From Eledone cirrhosa (taxonomy: Eukaryota): DNA of 64,000 nucleotides. The stretch lies in assembly GCA_964016885.1 (NCBI GenBank), contig OZ024749.1, positions 6,138,001 through 6,202,000 of the forward strand, read 5' to 3'. The position numbers and the translations under genes are program-made. Positions 27,277 through 43,435 of this stretch are shown piece after piece; the first letter of the stretch is position 1; each line of letters begins with the position of its first letter. The notes under the pieces are model-generated. The model was not told where the DNA came from, ran no database searches, and saw only the letters and a list, made by a program, of their open reading frames with translations.

Positions 27277-29125
27277 CACAAAAATTATCCACAGATATGT
27301 ATAATCATATTTGTATTCAGTTTGGTGTCTCTATCACAAACAATGAACATTATTACACACACACATACATACATACATACATACATACATACATACATAC
27401 ATACATACATACATACACACACATATATACATATATCATATATCCATGCACTACTATATATATATACACATACAAACACACATTGAAATGTACACATGAG
27501 CACATACATATACATAAACTAACACATATCTCCATACATACATACTTACGCATGCCCACACATTCATACATACAGGCATACATATACATACACATAGCTA
27601 CATACACATGCATATATATAATGAAATACATCTACCATATCAAGAACTGCAAGCATACGCACAAACAAACACATACATAGCGAAGCACAGACACACACAT
27701 ACACACACACACAACACACAGACACAAACAAACACATACATAGCGAAGCACAGACACACACCCACACACAGAGACACACACACACACACACACACAAACA
27801 AACACGTACATAGCGAAGCACAGACACACACACATACACACACACACACAAACAAACACGTACATAGTGAAGCACAGACACACACCCACACACAGAGACA
27901 CACACATACACACACAAACACGTACATAGCGAAGCACAGACACACACACATACACACAAACAAACACGTACATAGCAAAGCACACAAACACACAGACACA
28001 CACACACACATACACACACACGCACACACATACAGACACACACACCTACACGCACATACATACAGACAGACACACACATACACACACACACACAAAGTAC
28101 GGTAATACAAAACGTGAAATATGAAATTTTTTTTTAACATTTCACAACAAAACAACTATTTTGTTAATTCAAATGGTTAGAATATCTTTCCTAGACGTCA
28201 GATTGTTGTGAACTTTTGCCGTAAACCAAAGTAAAAATCGTTTATCTTTAAGATGTTGTTTTGTACATTTCAAGAATGTCTTGCTAGTGCTAATACAGTT
28301 GCTACATGGCCATGTGATTGATGAGGTAGAGTAACCATATATATATATATATATCATCATCATCATCATCAACGGTTCTTATATATTTTATATATATTTT
28401 CCTTATCGAGCCCTCTTTGGATTTTAGTCTTCAATTTTATTATTATTACTATTATTACTATATATATATATATATATATATACATACATACACACACATC
28501 ATTCTCTATTTTACCAATGGAGTCAATTTTATTACCATTATTATTAAGGCGTTAACTGCAATTGCTTCACACATGTAGATTATTAGAAATATTTTTGTTT
28601 TTCAACAACTACTCCCACACAAACACACAAGTTCTTACTACCCTGCCATCACCCTCGCCACTACTGTGTCACTATCATCATCATCATCATCATGGGACAC
28701 AGACATATTAAACCAATTCCTTGTACATCCAATTGTTTGCAATTCTACTGCAATAGGAATTCTGAAATTTCACACCTCTTAAAATCTAACATTCACCGAA
28801 CCAGTATACTCCAACCCCTCAACCCCCCCAACCCCCCACCACCACCACACTCTTTCTGACTATCCTCTGTTGGTGCCAAAATTACTATGCCTAATCCTGT
28901 GACTGTTACCAACAAATAAAATGGCAAATAGCAATTTTGAGTTACCTTTTCTGGCATGAAATTTGTGTACCTAATCACGTGACTGCCATCAACCAACCAA
29001 ATTACAATTTAAAGAAATAGCAATCCATCTCGAATTTACTTTTGAAAATCTTTAAAACTATGAAACCAGTAAAGTAAATAAATATACTTAAAAGACTCCA
29101 ATTACATTTTCAGTTTATCTTCCTT

Positions 29126-29184
<59 letters not shown>

Positions 29185-29187
29185 GAT

Positions 29188-29531
29188 GGAACCACATGGA
29201 TTAGTGGTTAGAGCATTGGCCTTGCAATCGAAAGGTTGTGAGTTCAATTCTCAGACCGGGTGATGTGTTGTTTCCTTGAGCAAGACACTTTATTTCACAT
29301 TGCTCCAGTTTACTCAGCTGTAGAAATGAGATGATAGGGGCTGGGGTCCCTATCATTCCACTGCAAAGTGGTCGTGGAGGTGCCACGGCAAAAAAGCACC
29401 CAGCACTCACTGTAAATGAGGTTGCTGTTAGGAAGGGCATCCAGCTGTAGAAATCAAGCTAGAATCAGTTCCCGTCCCACCCTTGCAAGCAGGGAAAAGC
29501 AGATGTAAAATGATGATGATGATGATGATGA
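29188..29531 (+). mobile_element. SINE A
   Basis: Full-length match. Confidence 0.9.
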
Positions 29532-29694
29532 TATATATTGTTATACTTTGGGAGGGTCATGCTGCCAATAAAAACTCATTCAAAAAACGAATTATATATA
29601 TCATCATCATCATCATCATTTTACGTCCGTGGTAAGGAACCAGGTGGACCATAATGCACCAAAGTACTCAATACTTAGGGTAGTAGAGTGGGTA

Positions 29695-30012
<318 letters not shown>

Positions 30013-30399
30013 AAGAGTGGTGTGCAGCACATATGTGGAGATGCTTTAAAATAGCTTATAAAATATGGTGAAGACCCTTCAAGACAGGTAGAGAAGAAGT
30101 TGCCATTGGGCCGCTCTGAGGAAACACACCTTGTGTCTCCCATACCTATGCATCATCATCATCATCATCATCATACTGTTATGTCTATGTTCAGGCAGCC
30201 AAGGGTTGGATGGGTTGACATACTCTGACACTAAGCAGGGGAGAGTAACATGTCATGATCCTATGTCACATTTTTGACCTGGTCTTTACAGTTGGGTAAT
30301 CTTTTTAATAATGCCAACCACTTTACTGAGTACACTGGGTACACGATGCTTTTCATGGCAACATCACTACAGAGCGCACTGGATGCATTTTATCATGGC

Positions 30400-32330
30400 A
30401 TCAATATTACCACTTTACAGAATGTACCCGGTGCATGTTATCATGGCACCAGTAATAACACTTTACATAGCATACTGTATACTTTATTATGGCACCAGTA
30501 CTAACACTTTACATAGTGTACTGTGTACTTTATCATGGCACCAGTAATAACACTTTACATAGCATACTGTATACTTTATTATGGCACCAGTACTAACACT
30601 TTACATAGTGTACTGTGTACTTTATCATTGCACCAGTACTAACACATTACATAGTGTACTGTGTACTTTATCATGACACCAGTACTAACACATTACATAG
30701 TGTACTGTGTACTTTATCATGACACCAGTACTAACACTTTACATAGTGTACTGTGTACTTTATCATTGCACCAGTACTAACACATTACATAGTGTACTGT
30801 GTACTTTATCATGGCACCAGTACTAACACATTACATAGTGTACTGTGTACTTTATCATGACACCAGTACTAACACATTACATAGTGTACTGTGTACTTTA
30901 TCATGACACCAGTACTAACACTTTACATAGTGTACTGTGTACTTTATCATGGCACCAGTACTAACACATTACATAGTGTACGGTGTACTTTATCATGACA
31001 CCAGTACTAACACTTTACATAGTGTACTGTGTACTTTATCATGGCACCAGTACTAACACATTACATAGTGTACTGTGTACTTTATCATGACACCAGTACT
31101 AACACTTTACATAGTGTACTGTGTACTTTATCATGACACCAGTACTAACACATTACATAGTGTACTGTCTACTTTATTATGGCACCAGTACTAACACTTT
31201 ACAGCTTGTACTGTGTACTTTATCATGGCACCAGTACTAACACTTTACATAGCATACTGTGTACTTTATCATGACACCAGTACTAACACCTTACATAGCG
31301 CACTGTGTACTTTATTATGGCACCAGTACTAACACATTACATAGCACACTGTGTACTTTATCATGGCACCAGTACTAACACTTTACATAGCTTACTGTGT
31401 ACTTTATTATGGCACCAGTACTAACACTTTACAGATTGCACTGTGTACTTTATCATGGCACCAGTACTAACACTTTACAGATTGCACTGTGTACTTTATT
31501 ATGGCACCAGTACTAACACTTTACATAGCTTACTGTGTACTTTATCATGGCACCAGTACTAACACTTTACAGATTGCACTGTGTACTTTATCATGGCACC
31601 AGTACTAACACTTTACAGATTGCACTGTTTACTTTATTATGGCACCAGTACTAACACTTTACATAGCTTACTGTGTACTTTATCATGGCACCAGTACTAC
31701 TAATTTAGAGGGTTTCGAAAGTGTTTCATCAGGGCAACAACACTGCTAATTTACATAGTGTACTGTGTACTTTATTGTGGCACCATCACTACCACTTTTC
31801 AGAGTGTACTGGGTGCTCTATTATGGCACGAGCACTATTCTACAGAGTGTACTAGTTATTTTATTGTGGCATCAACACTACTACTTTACAGAGTGTACTG
31901 AGTGCTTTATTAAATCACCGGCACTACTACTTTACAGAGTGTACTGGGCGTTTATTATGGCACTAGCATTACTGCTTTACAGAGTGTACTGGGCGTTTAT
32001 TATGGCACCGGCACTACCACTTTACAGAGTGTACTGGGCGTTTATTATGGCACTAGCATTACTGCTTTACAGAGTGTACTGGGTGTTTATTATGGCACCG
32101 GCACTACCACTTTACAGAGTGTACTGGGTGTTTATTATGGCACCGGCACTACCACTTTACAGAGTGTACTGGACGTTTATTATGGTACCGGTACTACTAT
32201 TTACAGAGTGTACTGGGTGTTTATTATGGCACTGGCACTACCACTTTACAGAATGTACTGGATGGTTATTATGGCACTAGCACTATGACATTACAGAGTG
32301 TATTGGGTGTCTTTTATCATAGAACCAGTG
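30400..32330. repeat. 46/45-bp minisatellite
   Basis: ATGGCACCAGTACTAACACTTTACATAGTGTACTGTGTACTTTATC with period 46 (30443, 30489...), switching to a 45-bp variant after about 31760. Confidence 0.95.
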
Positions 32331-32579
32331 CTATCACTTGATAGAGTGAGCCACACACACACACATACAAGCCCAATATCTCGCACATACACATACACAC
32401 CCCAAAACATACATGTAATTTTTTAGACTATAATTCCTGACAGATGAAGGCAAGACAGCAATAAAAGAGACAAGATGTGATAAACTATGAAGTGAAGAAA
32501 ACTGAAATATAAATGGAAGACGTCCTTCAGTTCCTGCTTCTGTCCTCCATAAACAACTGACAATATTCCTCAATGTAAC

Positions 32580-32632
<53 letters not shown>

Positions 32633-32744
32633 TAGATAGATAGATAGATATATAGATAGATATATAGATAGAGAGTGAGAGAGAGAGATACATTTATACA
32701 TATATATCTGCAGTTATATATATATATATATATATGTTTCAATT

Positions 32745-32795
<51 letters not shown>

Positions 32796-32873
32796 TATAT
32801 ATATATATCCAGAGCTAGATATCTGCTGATGATTATCATCATGATTTAAATTCCATTAAATGTGTGTGTGGGT

Positions 32874-32916
<43 letters not shown>

Positions 32917-32939
32917 GCAAACACACATATATATGTATA

Positions 32940-33018
<79 letters not shown>

Positions 33019-33154
33019 GTTGATCCTTGATGTGCATATTAATGGTAATTTAGTATTCAGAACACTTTCCAAATAGCTTCCCATGGTATTCATCATATTA
33101 AGTATTGTAACTTACATGTTTAGCAAACTGTTAATGTGTCTTAATGTTATTGCC

Positions 33155-35716
33155 CATATACACACATATACACACATACATATACATACATATACACATG
33201 CACATATACATACACACATGTACATATATATACACACATGTACATATATATACACACATGCACATATACACATATACACCTGCACATATACATACATATA
33301 CACATATACACATGCACATATACATACGTATACACACACATATACATACATATACACATGCACATATACATACACATACACATGCACATATATATATACA
33401 CATGTACATATATATACACACATGTACATATATATACAGACATGCACATATACACACATACACATGCACATATGCATACATATACACATGCACATATATA
33501 CACATATACACGTATACACCTGCACATATACATACATATACACATATACACATGCACATATGCATACGTATACACATGCACATATACATACATATACACA
33601 TGCACGTATATATATACACATGTACATATATATACACACATGCACATATACACACATACACATGCACATATGCATACATATACACATGCACATATACACA
33701 CATATACACGTATACACCTGCACATGTACATACATATACACATAAACACATGCACATATGCATACGTATACACATGCACATATACATACATATACACATG
33801 CACATATATATATATATACACATGTGCATATATATACACACATGCACAAATATACACATACACATGCACATATGCATACATATACACATATACATGTATA
33901 CACCTGCACATATACATACACATACACACATGCACATATACATACGTATACCCATGTCCATATACATACATATACACATGCATATATATATATATACACA
34001 TGCACATATACACACATACATATGCACATATGCATACATATACACGTGCACATATACACACATATACACGTATACACCTGCACATATACATACATATACA
34101 CATATACACATGCACATATACATACGTATACACATGCACATATACATACATATACACATGCACATATATATATATACACATGTACATATATATACACATG
34201 CACATATACACATACACATGCACATATGCATACGCATACACATATACACACATATACATGTATACACCTGCACATATACATACACATGCAGATATACATA
34301 CGTATACACATGCACATATACATACATATACACATGCACGTATATATATATACACATGTACATATATATACACACATGCAATATACACACATATGCATAC
34401 ATATACACATGCACATATACACACATACACGTATACACATGCACATATACATACATATACACATATACACATGCACATAGACATACGTATACACATGTAC
34501 ATATACATACATATACACATGCACATATATATATATATATACACATGTACATATATATATACACACGCACATATACACACATACACATGCACATATACAT
34601 ACATATACACATATACATACATATACATGTATACCCATGCACATACACAACATATACACATGCACTTATGCATACATATACGCATATACACATGCATATA
34701 TACATACATATACACATGCACATACACATACATATACACATGCACATATGCATACATATACACATGCACACATATATATATATACACATGTACATATATA
34801 TATACACACATGCACATGCACATATACATACATATGCACATGCATATATACACGCATATGCACATGCACATATACAGACAGATATACATATATATACACA
34901 TGCACATGTACATATACACATTCCACATATACATACATATACACATGCACATATATACACATATACACATACACACATACATACATATACACATATAAAC
35001 ACATGCACATATACATACATATACACATGCACATATACACACATACACGTATACACATGCACATATACATACATATACACATATACACATGCACATAGAC
35101 ATACGTATACACATGTACATATACATACATATACACATGCACATATATATATATATATACACATGTACATATATATATACACACGCACATATACACACAT
35201 ACACATGCACATATACATACATATACACATATACATACATATACATGTATACCCATGCACATACACAACATATACACATGCACTTATGCATACATATACG
35301 CATATACACATGCATATATACATACATATACACATGCACATACACATACATATACACATGCACATATGCATACATATACACATGCACACATATATATATA
35401 TGCACATGTACATATATATATACACACATGCACATGCACATATACATACATATGCACATGCATATATACACGCATATGCACATGCACATATACAGACAGA
35501 TATACATATATATACACATGCACATGTACATATACACATTCCACATATACATACATATACACATGCACATATATACACATATACACATACACACATACAT
35601 GCATATACACATATAAACACATGCACATATACATACATATACACATGCACATATCCATACATATACACATGCACATACATATACACATGCACATATGCAT
35701 ACATATACACATGCAC

Positions 35717-35767
<51 letters not shown>

Positions 35768-36900
35768 CACACACATGTACATATATATATATATTATATA
35801 CACCAACATGCACATATACATACATATATACATGCACATATACAAACACGTATACACATGCACATATACATACATATACACATATACACATGCACATATA
35901 CATACATATACACATGCACATATACATACATAAACACGTATACACATACATATATACATATACACATGCACATATACATACATATACACATGCACATATA
36001 CATACATACACACATATATACATGCACATATACATACATATACACATGCACATATACACATACACACGCACATACATACATATTCACATATACACATGCA
36101 CATATGCATACATATACACATGCACATATGCATACATATACACATGCACATATACATGCATATACACGTATACAAATGCACATATACACATGCACATTAT
36201 ATATATATATATTCACATGCACATGCACATATACGTACATATGCACATATACATACACATATACATACATATACACATACACAGATGCACATATACATAC
36301 ATATACACATGCACATATACATACACATATGCACATGTACAAACCCACATGTGCATATACACACACACACACATGTACATACATACACACATGCACATAC
36401 ACAAATATGCACATATGCAAGTGCACATGCACATATACATACACACATATACACACATGCATATATACACATGCATGCACATATACATATATACAAACAT
36501 ATACATACACACATACATACATACATAGACATGCACATACACACAATATACATACACACATAGATAAAAACACACTCATCCACACATGATACCTACATAT
36601 GTATATCCATACATATATATACACACATATATCCATACATACATATATATATACATACATATATATTCATACACATATATATATACCTACATATATCCAT
36701 ACATATATATATAGATACACACACGCACATACACACACACAACAATATACATACACATATATACATAGACACGCACCCACGCACAAACATGCACATATAC
36801 ACACACAATATACATGTATGCATATACACACACACACTCAGACACACACAATATGCATACATACATATATATATATGTGTGTATGTGTAATTGCACATAC
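33155..36900. repeat. Purine-pyrimidine alternating (CA/TA/TG) satellite with 618-bp higher-order duplication
   Basis: ATACACATGCACAT core. Identical landmark sequences at 34637 and 35255. Confidence 0.92.
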
Positions 36901-36944
36901 GCACCAGCTCTCACTCATACAGATGAAAGTATATATTTGTATAG

Positions 36945-37004
<60 letters not shown>

Positions 37005-37176
37005 GTTCTATTTAAATTGTTGGGATACAACAAGCAAATATTTTTATAACTGATATAAAGCACTCAACAAATTATTGTAGTAAAAATACGATATATTAAC
37101 AAATGGAAACTATATTTATAAAACCATATTTAATGGTCACATTCTTTAAGGGTATGTCAATATTTATTTATAAAAT

Positions 37177-37511
37177 GGAGGCACATGGCTTAGTGGTTAG
37201 AGCATTGGCCTTGCAATCAAAAGGTTGTGAGTTCAATTCTCAGACCGGGTGATGTGTTGTTTCCTTGAGCAAGACACTTTATTTCACATTGCTCCAGTTT
37301 ACTCAGCTGTAGAAATGACAGGGGTCCCTATCATTCCATTGCAATGTGGTCGCGGAGGTGCCACGGCAAAAAAGCACCCAGCATTCACTGTAAATGAGGT
37401 TGTTGTTAGGAAGGGTATCCAGCTGTAGAAATCAAGCCAGAATCAGTTCCCGTCCCACCCTTGCAAGCAGGAAAAAGCGGACGTAAAATGAAATGATGAT
37501 GATGAATGATG
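37177..37511 (+). mobile_element. SINE A inserted in a hammerhead foldback element
   Basis: Full-length match. The flanks align to the uninterrupted 25880-26230 paralog. Confidence 0.9.
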
Positions 37512-37528
37512 AAAACTGCTCTATATTA

Positions 37529-37593
37529 TATTTTATCTGATGAAAGCACACCATAATTTAACTTGGTGTCCTTGAAATATCCATAATGAAATA
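37529..37593 (+). ncRNA. Type I hammerhead motif, paralog of 26132-26196
   Basis: TATTTTAT-CTGATGA-AAGCACACCA..TGGTGTCCTT-GAAA-TATCCATA/ATGAAATA. Stem II has a compensatory T-A to C-G change relative to the 26 kb copy. Confidence 0.65.
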
Positions 37594-37642
37594 AATATGG
37601 TTTTATAAATATAGTTTCCATTTGTATATATATATATATATC

Positions 37643-37733
<91 letters not shown>

Positions 37734-37752
37734 TATATATATATACACACAC

Positions 37753-37844
<92 letters not shown>

Positions 37845-37911
37845 GTATATATATATGTATATATATATCACATGTGTATAAATGCGTTTGCATGAGTGAC
37901 ATTATTATTAT

Positions 37912-38343
37912 CAATAATAATTGTTTCTACTTTTGGCACAAGGCCAGCAAATTATCCTAGTGTATTACTGGTACTTTATTTTATCGACCCTGTAAGGCCA
38001 GCAATTACCCAGTACATTACTGGTACTTTATTTTATCGACCCCGTAAGGATGAAAGGCAAAGTTAACTTTGGCGGGATTTGAACTCAGACCGTAAAGGGA
38101 CGTAACTCTATGCTGGAAAGCATGTCCGACCCTCCACCAATACTGCCAGTGGTGGATTGGCAGTATCGGTAGAGGGTCAGACGCCATGCTTTGCAGCAAA
38201 GAGTTATGGCCCTTTATGGTCTGAGTTCAAATCCCGCCGAGGTTAACTTTGCCTTTCATCCTCACAGGGGTCGATAAAATAAAGTACCAGTAATACACTG
38301 GGATAATTGCTGGCCTTGTGCCAAATAGTAGAAACAAATTATT
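37912..38343. mobile_element. Two SINE B copies head-to-head (- 37912-38148, + 38149-38343)
   Basis: Opposite-orientation matches abutting at about 38148. Confidence 0.85.
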
Positions 38344-39004
38344 ATCAATATATGTATTTATCTATCAAGATGGAGAGAGAGGTGCTGTACCCCAGCAAGT
38401 TTTATGAAAGGTGGGTGAAAGTGGCGAGAATGGCCCGAGTGAATTGGCCTTCTCTCTATATCAGCCTGTAGGTGGAGGAAGAGGAGGAAGAGAGGAAAGG
38501 AGTGCTCAGTCTTCGTACTCCTGGAGATGAGGGTTGCACATTTTTTTTTCGGGGGTATGTGTCACCCATAGTTAATGTCTCACCCCACCCCTATTGGGGA
38601 AAATCGATTGTTATTCTTTAATTTTCATCTGTGATATTGTTTTACACGTTTTTATTGAATGTAAACTTCCCCCATTGTACTTGTCCCCTTCTTTTGTGCC
38701 CTTGTGGCTAATAAAGAATTATATGTATCTATCTATCTATCTATATATCCCTCTCTCTCTATATATATACATATATATATACACACTCTCTCTCTCTATA
38801 TATATATATACACACATATATATACACACACTCAAGAATTCATTTTCTTATAGATCCATGTAATAGTGTATACACCCATGTTTTCACAAACACAAATGCA
38901 GCTATACTTGTATGTATACTTGTGTGCATGTGAGTGTGTGTTTATGCGTGTATCAATATTTTCATCATAGATATATATACACACACACACACATATATAT
39001 GTAT

Positions 39005-40153
39005 AAACTCAATTGTATGTCCCAAATGCAAAGTATGGGTGCATAAAAGATGTAGTGGGATCACAGGTAAGCCAACTAAGAACATAGATTTTATATGTGG
39101 CCGGTGTTCTGGTGTAATAAGTAGCAGCAAATGCCCACAAAATACTAGCTCTTTCAATTGCGCAGAGGGTTCTATAGAAATAGTGGATAGCTTCCGTTGC
39201 CTGGGTGACAAAATCAGCAGTGGGGGAGGGTGCTCTGAAAGTTCAGTAGCTAGAGTCAGAACTGGATGGAAAAAGTTCAGAGAGCTCATACCACTATTAG
39301 CCACTAAAGGGTTCTCCCTAAAAATGAAAGGCAGGTTGTATGATGCCTGCATACGAACAGCAATGTTGCATGGCAGTGAGACCTGGGCATTGTGTGCAGA
39401 GGATATACGCAGACTAGAGAGGAATGAAGCTTGCATGCTCCACTGGATGTGTAATAGTAACATACGTGAACGGCAAAGCTTAAGCGAACTAAGGAAAAAA
39501 TTAGAAATAAGAGGGATCAGATGTTGTTTACTCGAGAGAAGGCTACATTGGTATGGTCACGTGATGCGCATGAAAGACGACAGCTGTATAACAAAGTGCA
39601 GGGCAATAAAGATAGATGGTAGCCACGGAGTAGGCAGACCCAGGAAAACCTGGGACGAGCTGATAAATTCCGACCTCACACACTTACACCTCTCCAAGAC
39701 AATGTCACTGGACCGAGACCTTTGGCGGTACTCAGTAATAGAGAAGACCCGCCTTACCTAAATACAAAGTAAAACCTACTACAGTCAGTAGGCATCTCTA
39801 ACAAAATACACCCCCGTCCCACCACCCCGACCCCATCCACACCGCCCCTTTCAATGTAAAGTTATGTTGGTGCCACAACATCCAGGCCGAAACAAATGAG
39901 ATCGTGTAGGGGTCACGACAAAAAAACACACAGTCCACGCTGTAATGTGGCCGTGTAGGCAACACGGTAAAAACCTCCCAGTCCCACACTGTAAACGTGG
40001 TTGGTGTTAGGAAGGGCATCCAGCTGTAGAAAACCAGCCAGACAGTCCTATGCGAGCAAGACAATCACTCTTGCCTCAAGTGGGAAAACCCCCGTCCAAA
40101 CCCATGCAAGCATGGAACACGGACGTTAAACGATGATGATGATGATGATGATG
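39005..40153 (+). mobile_element. 5'-truncated RTE LINE with an uninterrupted C-terminal ORF segment
   Basis: ORF 38934-39761: NSIVCPKCKVWVHKRCSGI..MLHGSETW..RRLHWYGHVMRM..GRPRKTW, then a UTR and a (GAT)n tail. Confidence 0.93.
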
Positions 40154-40162
40154 ATATATACA

Positions 40163-40505
40163 CATCATCATTCATAATCATCATTTCATTTTACGTCCGC
40201 TTTTTCCCTGCTTGCAAAGGTGGGACGGGAACTGATTCTGGCTTGATTTCTACAGCTGGATGCCCTTCCTAACACCAACCTCATTTACAGTGAGTGCTGG
40301 GTGCTTTTTTGCCGTGACACCTCCACGACCACTTTCCAGTGGAATGATAGGGACTGGGGTTTCATTTCTACAGCTGAGTAAACTGGAACAATGTGAAATA
40401 AAGTGTCTTGCTCAAGGAAACAACACATCACCCGGTCTGAGAATTGAACTCACAACCTTTCGATTGCAAGGCCAAATGCTCTAACCTCTAAGCCATGTAC
40501 CTCCA
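40163..40505 (-). mobile_element. SINE A
   Basis: Full-length reverse match. Confidence 0.9.
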
Positions 40506-40771
40506 CATATATGTATGTATGTATGTATGTATGTACTTGTATATATATGTAAGCATGCATATTTGTAAGTAATCGTAAGCATGAGCATATGTCTTAATGT
40601 ATATATGTGTCTGTGTGTGTATGTATGTGTTCAGATTTATGTGTGTGTGTGTGTGTGTGTGTATGTGTGTCTGTCTGTATGTGTGTGTGTGTGTGTGTGT
40701 ATGTTTGTGTGTGTGTGTGTGTGTCCATAAGTAAAAGTATACGTAAAACGATGATGAATGTTATAATATGA

Positions 40772-40946
40772 AACTATATGTAAGTGTGTAGAAATGAGTA
40801 TATAAATTATATTTAATAAATACTTCATAAGCTATATGTAAGTGTGTAGAAATGAGTGTATATAAATTATATTTAATAAATACTTCATAAGCTATGTGTG
40901 TATAGAATTGAGTGTATATAAATTATATTTAATAAATACTTGATAA
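40772..40946. repeat. 3x ~58-bp AT-rich tandem repeat
   Basis: TATATAAATTATATTTAATAAATACTT occurs three times. Confidence 0.85.
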
Positions 40947-41217
40947 GACGCCACCTCTATCATTAGCGAGGAACTTCTAAGAAATACACTCTAATACATT
41001 GAAATTCATTTTAAGTTTCATTTTAATTTCTCATTTCATATTATATTGCATCAGTTTTCAGAAAGCATTACTCCAACGATGGAACAAACATTGCCATATT
41101 TTCCTCACATTAACTTCAAAGACTGTTAAAGTTGTTTAGCCCTAGGTCACCAATGACTCAATACACCTATGATCAAACATGCTACATTTAAAACCTTGTT
41201 ATTTTGTTTAGTCCAAA

Positions 41218-41430
41218 GTGGTGGATTGGCAGTGTCGGTAAAGTGTCGGACAGCCTGCTTCGTGGAATAGAGTTATGGCCCTTTAAGTGTTGACTTCAAA
41301 TCCCGTTGAGTTTAGCTTTGCCTTTCATCCTTATGGGGTCAATAAATAAATCACCAGTAACATACTGGGGTTGATTTAATTGACTTTCCCCACCCGCTTC
41401 AAACAAATTTTCTGCCTAAAGTAGAAAATA
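41218..41430 (+). mobile_element. SINE B, diverged
   Basis: Homology to the family. Confidence 0.75.
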
Positions 41431-41521
41431 GTATTTTGTTTATTCCAAATATTGATTAAGCTAGTGTGGTAGACTTCACCTTTAGCGGTAAACTTAATCT
41501 TGGGTATTAGACTTAAAACCT

Positions 41522-42123
41522 TCATCATCATCATCATCATTTTACATCCGCTTTTCCCTGCTTGCAAGGGTGGGACGGGTCCTCCTCAGCGCAGCATATC
41601 TCCATTCATTACGGTCCTTTGTCATCTCCTCCATGAGTTTCAGCGATCTGAGGTCAGCTCTCACCACCTTCGCCCATGTTTTTCTTGGTCTTCCTCTACT
41701 GCGTCTTCCTTCCATTGGGATTTCTTGGCACTTCTTTACCCAGTGATCATCTTCCATGCACATCACATGTCCATACCATCTCAGTCTTCTCTCCTGCACA
41801 CCACAACTTATCCCTCTTATTCCCAGTTTCTTTCTCAACTTATCTATGCTTGGTCATTCACGCACATTGACATTGTACATCCAACGGAGCATGCTTGCTC
41901 CATTTCTTCCAGCAGTCTCATATCTTCCACAGTAGCTGCCCATGTCTCACTACCATGCAGCATCGTGCATCTCACATGGGCATCATATAACCGACCTTTC
42001 GTTCATAGATAGAAACTTTTCTTTATCAACAGAGGAAGCAGCTCCCTAAGCTTCATTCAGTCTGTCCTTATTCTAGATACTATGGCCTCAGAGCATCCCC
42101 CTCCCCTGCTAATCCGATCACCT
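41522..42123 (-). mobile_element. Decayed RTE LINE 3' end
   Basis: RKKLGIRGISCGVQERRLRWYGHVM..GRPRKTW. Homologous to 456-1091. Confidence 0.9.
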
Positions 42124-42124
42124 T

Positions 42125-42670
42125 CTTTACTCACTTTTTCCTGAGAGAGTCATGGGGGCAGAGTCCTCAAACAGTATTACTAGCGAGTCCTGTCAGAAGC
42201 AACCATCTTCAACTGATGTGGCTGGATCCCCAGGCGAGACCTGTAAATTGACAATATCTTCTTCTTCACCCACTTATTTCTTAGAGGGTCATGGGGGCAG
42301 AGTCCTTCTCAAACACTCCTTCCAGCAAGTCTGTCAGTAGCAAACATCTCTAACTGATCCAGCTGGATCCCAAAGCATGACCAGCCAAGCTTGAGGATGT
42401 TATCCAACTATCTTGCTCAGGGTCTACCCCTGGGTCTCCTGCCAGTTGGTTTTCCCCATAAAATCTCTCCAATGATTCTTTCCTGAGACATACTAACCAC
42501 ATGACCATATAATCAGAGCTGTGATCTCTCAATTCAGAGAAGTAGTGGCTCTACCTGGAGTAACTCTTAGATCTCTGAGTTACGCACTTTATCGAGTAAT
42601 GTTACTCCAAAGACCCTTCGGAGGAATCCCATTTTGGCTGTTTGTATTCGCGATTGACTTCTTTCGGCCA
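42125..42670 (-). mobile_element. Second RTE family 3' fragment(s)
   Basis: Nucleotide similarity to 49135-49508. The 3' end appears twice (about 42125-42240 and from 42270). Confidence 0.75.
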
Positions 42671-42702
42671 TTAGCCTCTGGACTGGTATGTTATTTTATT
42701 AA

Positions 42703-42908
42703 CCCTTTAGCTTTTAAACCGGCCATATCCGGCCAGAATTTTCTAACCTATTTCTGATGAAACTGGCTGTAAACAGTCACTCATACTCATGTTAAGGTAT
42801 TGTTCTCAAAATCTCGTAGATTCGATATTATGTGAGATAATTATGCGAAACAAAGTGTTTACTGTGAAAATACAATAGTATATATAGAGTAATGTAAATG
42901 CTAAAGGG
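42703..42908. mobile_element. piggyBac-type MITE
   Basis: TTAA-CCCTTTAGC..GCTAAAGGG-TTAA, about 206 bp, non-coding. Confidence 0.85.
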
Positions 42909-43435
42909 TTAAGCTCTGGACTAATGAAATGTAAATCTGACTTCAACAAGATTTGAACTCAGAAAGTAGAAACCCAGAACTAAAGACACAAGACATTCTC
43001 ACCTACTCTCAAAAGACTCTGTCAATTTACCATTTTCCTCTACCAACAAGCAAATATTCAGATATCCTCGTGTTCTACTTAACTTCTCCCTGACTATATT
43101 TCAAATGAAATACACTCTATTTCAATTAATTAATGTTGAGTGCTCTACTAAAATGATAAATAATTCCATTACTAAGATATTGGCTTAACATGGTATTCAC
43201 ATATATAATTATGTTGAAATATTTACATTTAAAGAGGAACCCTTTAGAACAAGTAGATTCTCTTCATAGAACGGGAGCTAGTTTTGATTGGTTTGGTCCA
43301 AAAGGGTTAAATTACTGTAACCCAGTAAATAAAGAATATTTAATGTATTTCTATTTGTAAAATAGCTTAAATCTCAATTTTTTTTTTTTTCTAGATTATC
43401 AATATGGCAGCCGCCTCTATTGCACCATAAGTCAG

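Noticed and set aside
30400-32330. CRISPR-like regular repeat
   Set aside because: The units are contiguous with no unique spacers, there are no cas genes, and the context is eukaryotic.
33131-36181. Very long ORFs (1016, 976 and 929 aa) rich in C/V/Y/M/H/T/I
   Set aside because: These are translations of a stop-poor dinucleotide satellite, open in several frames on both strands.
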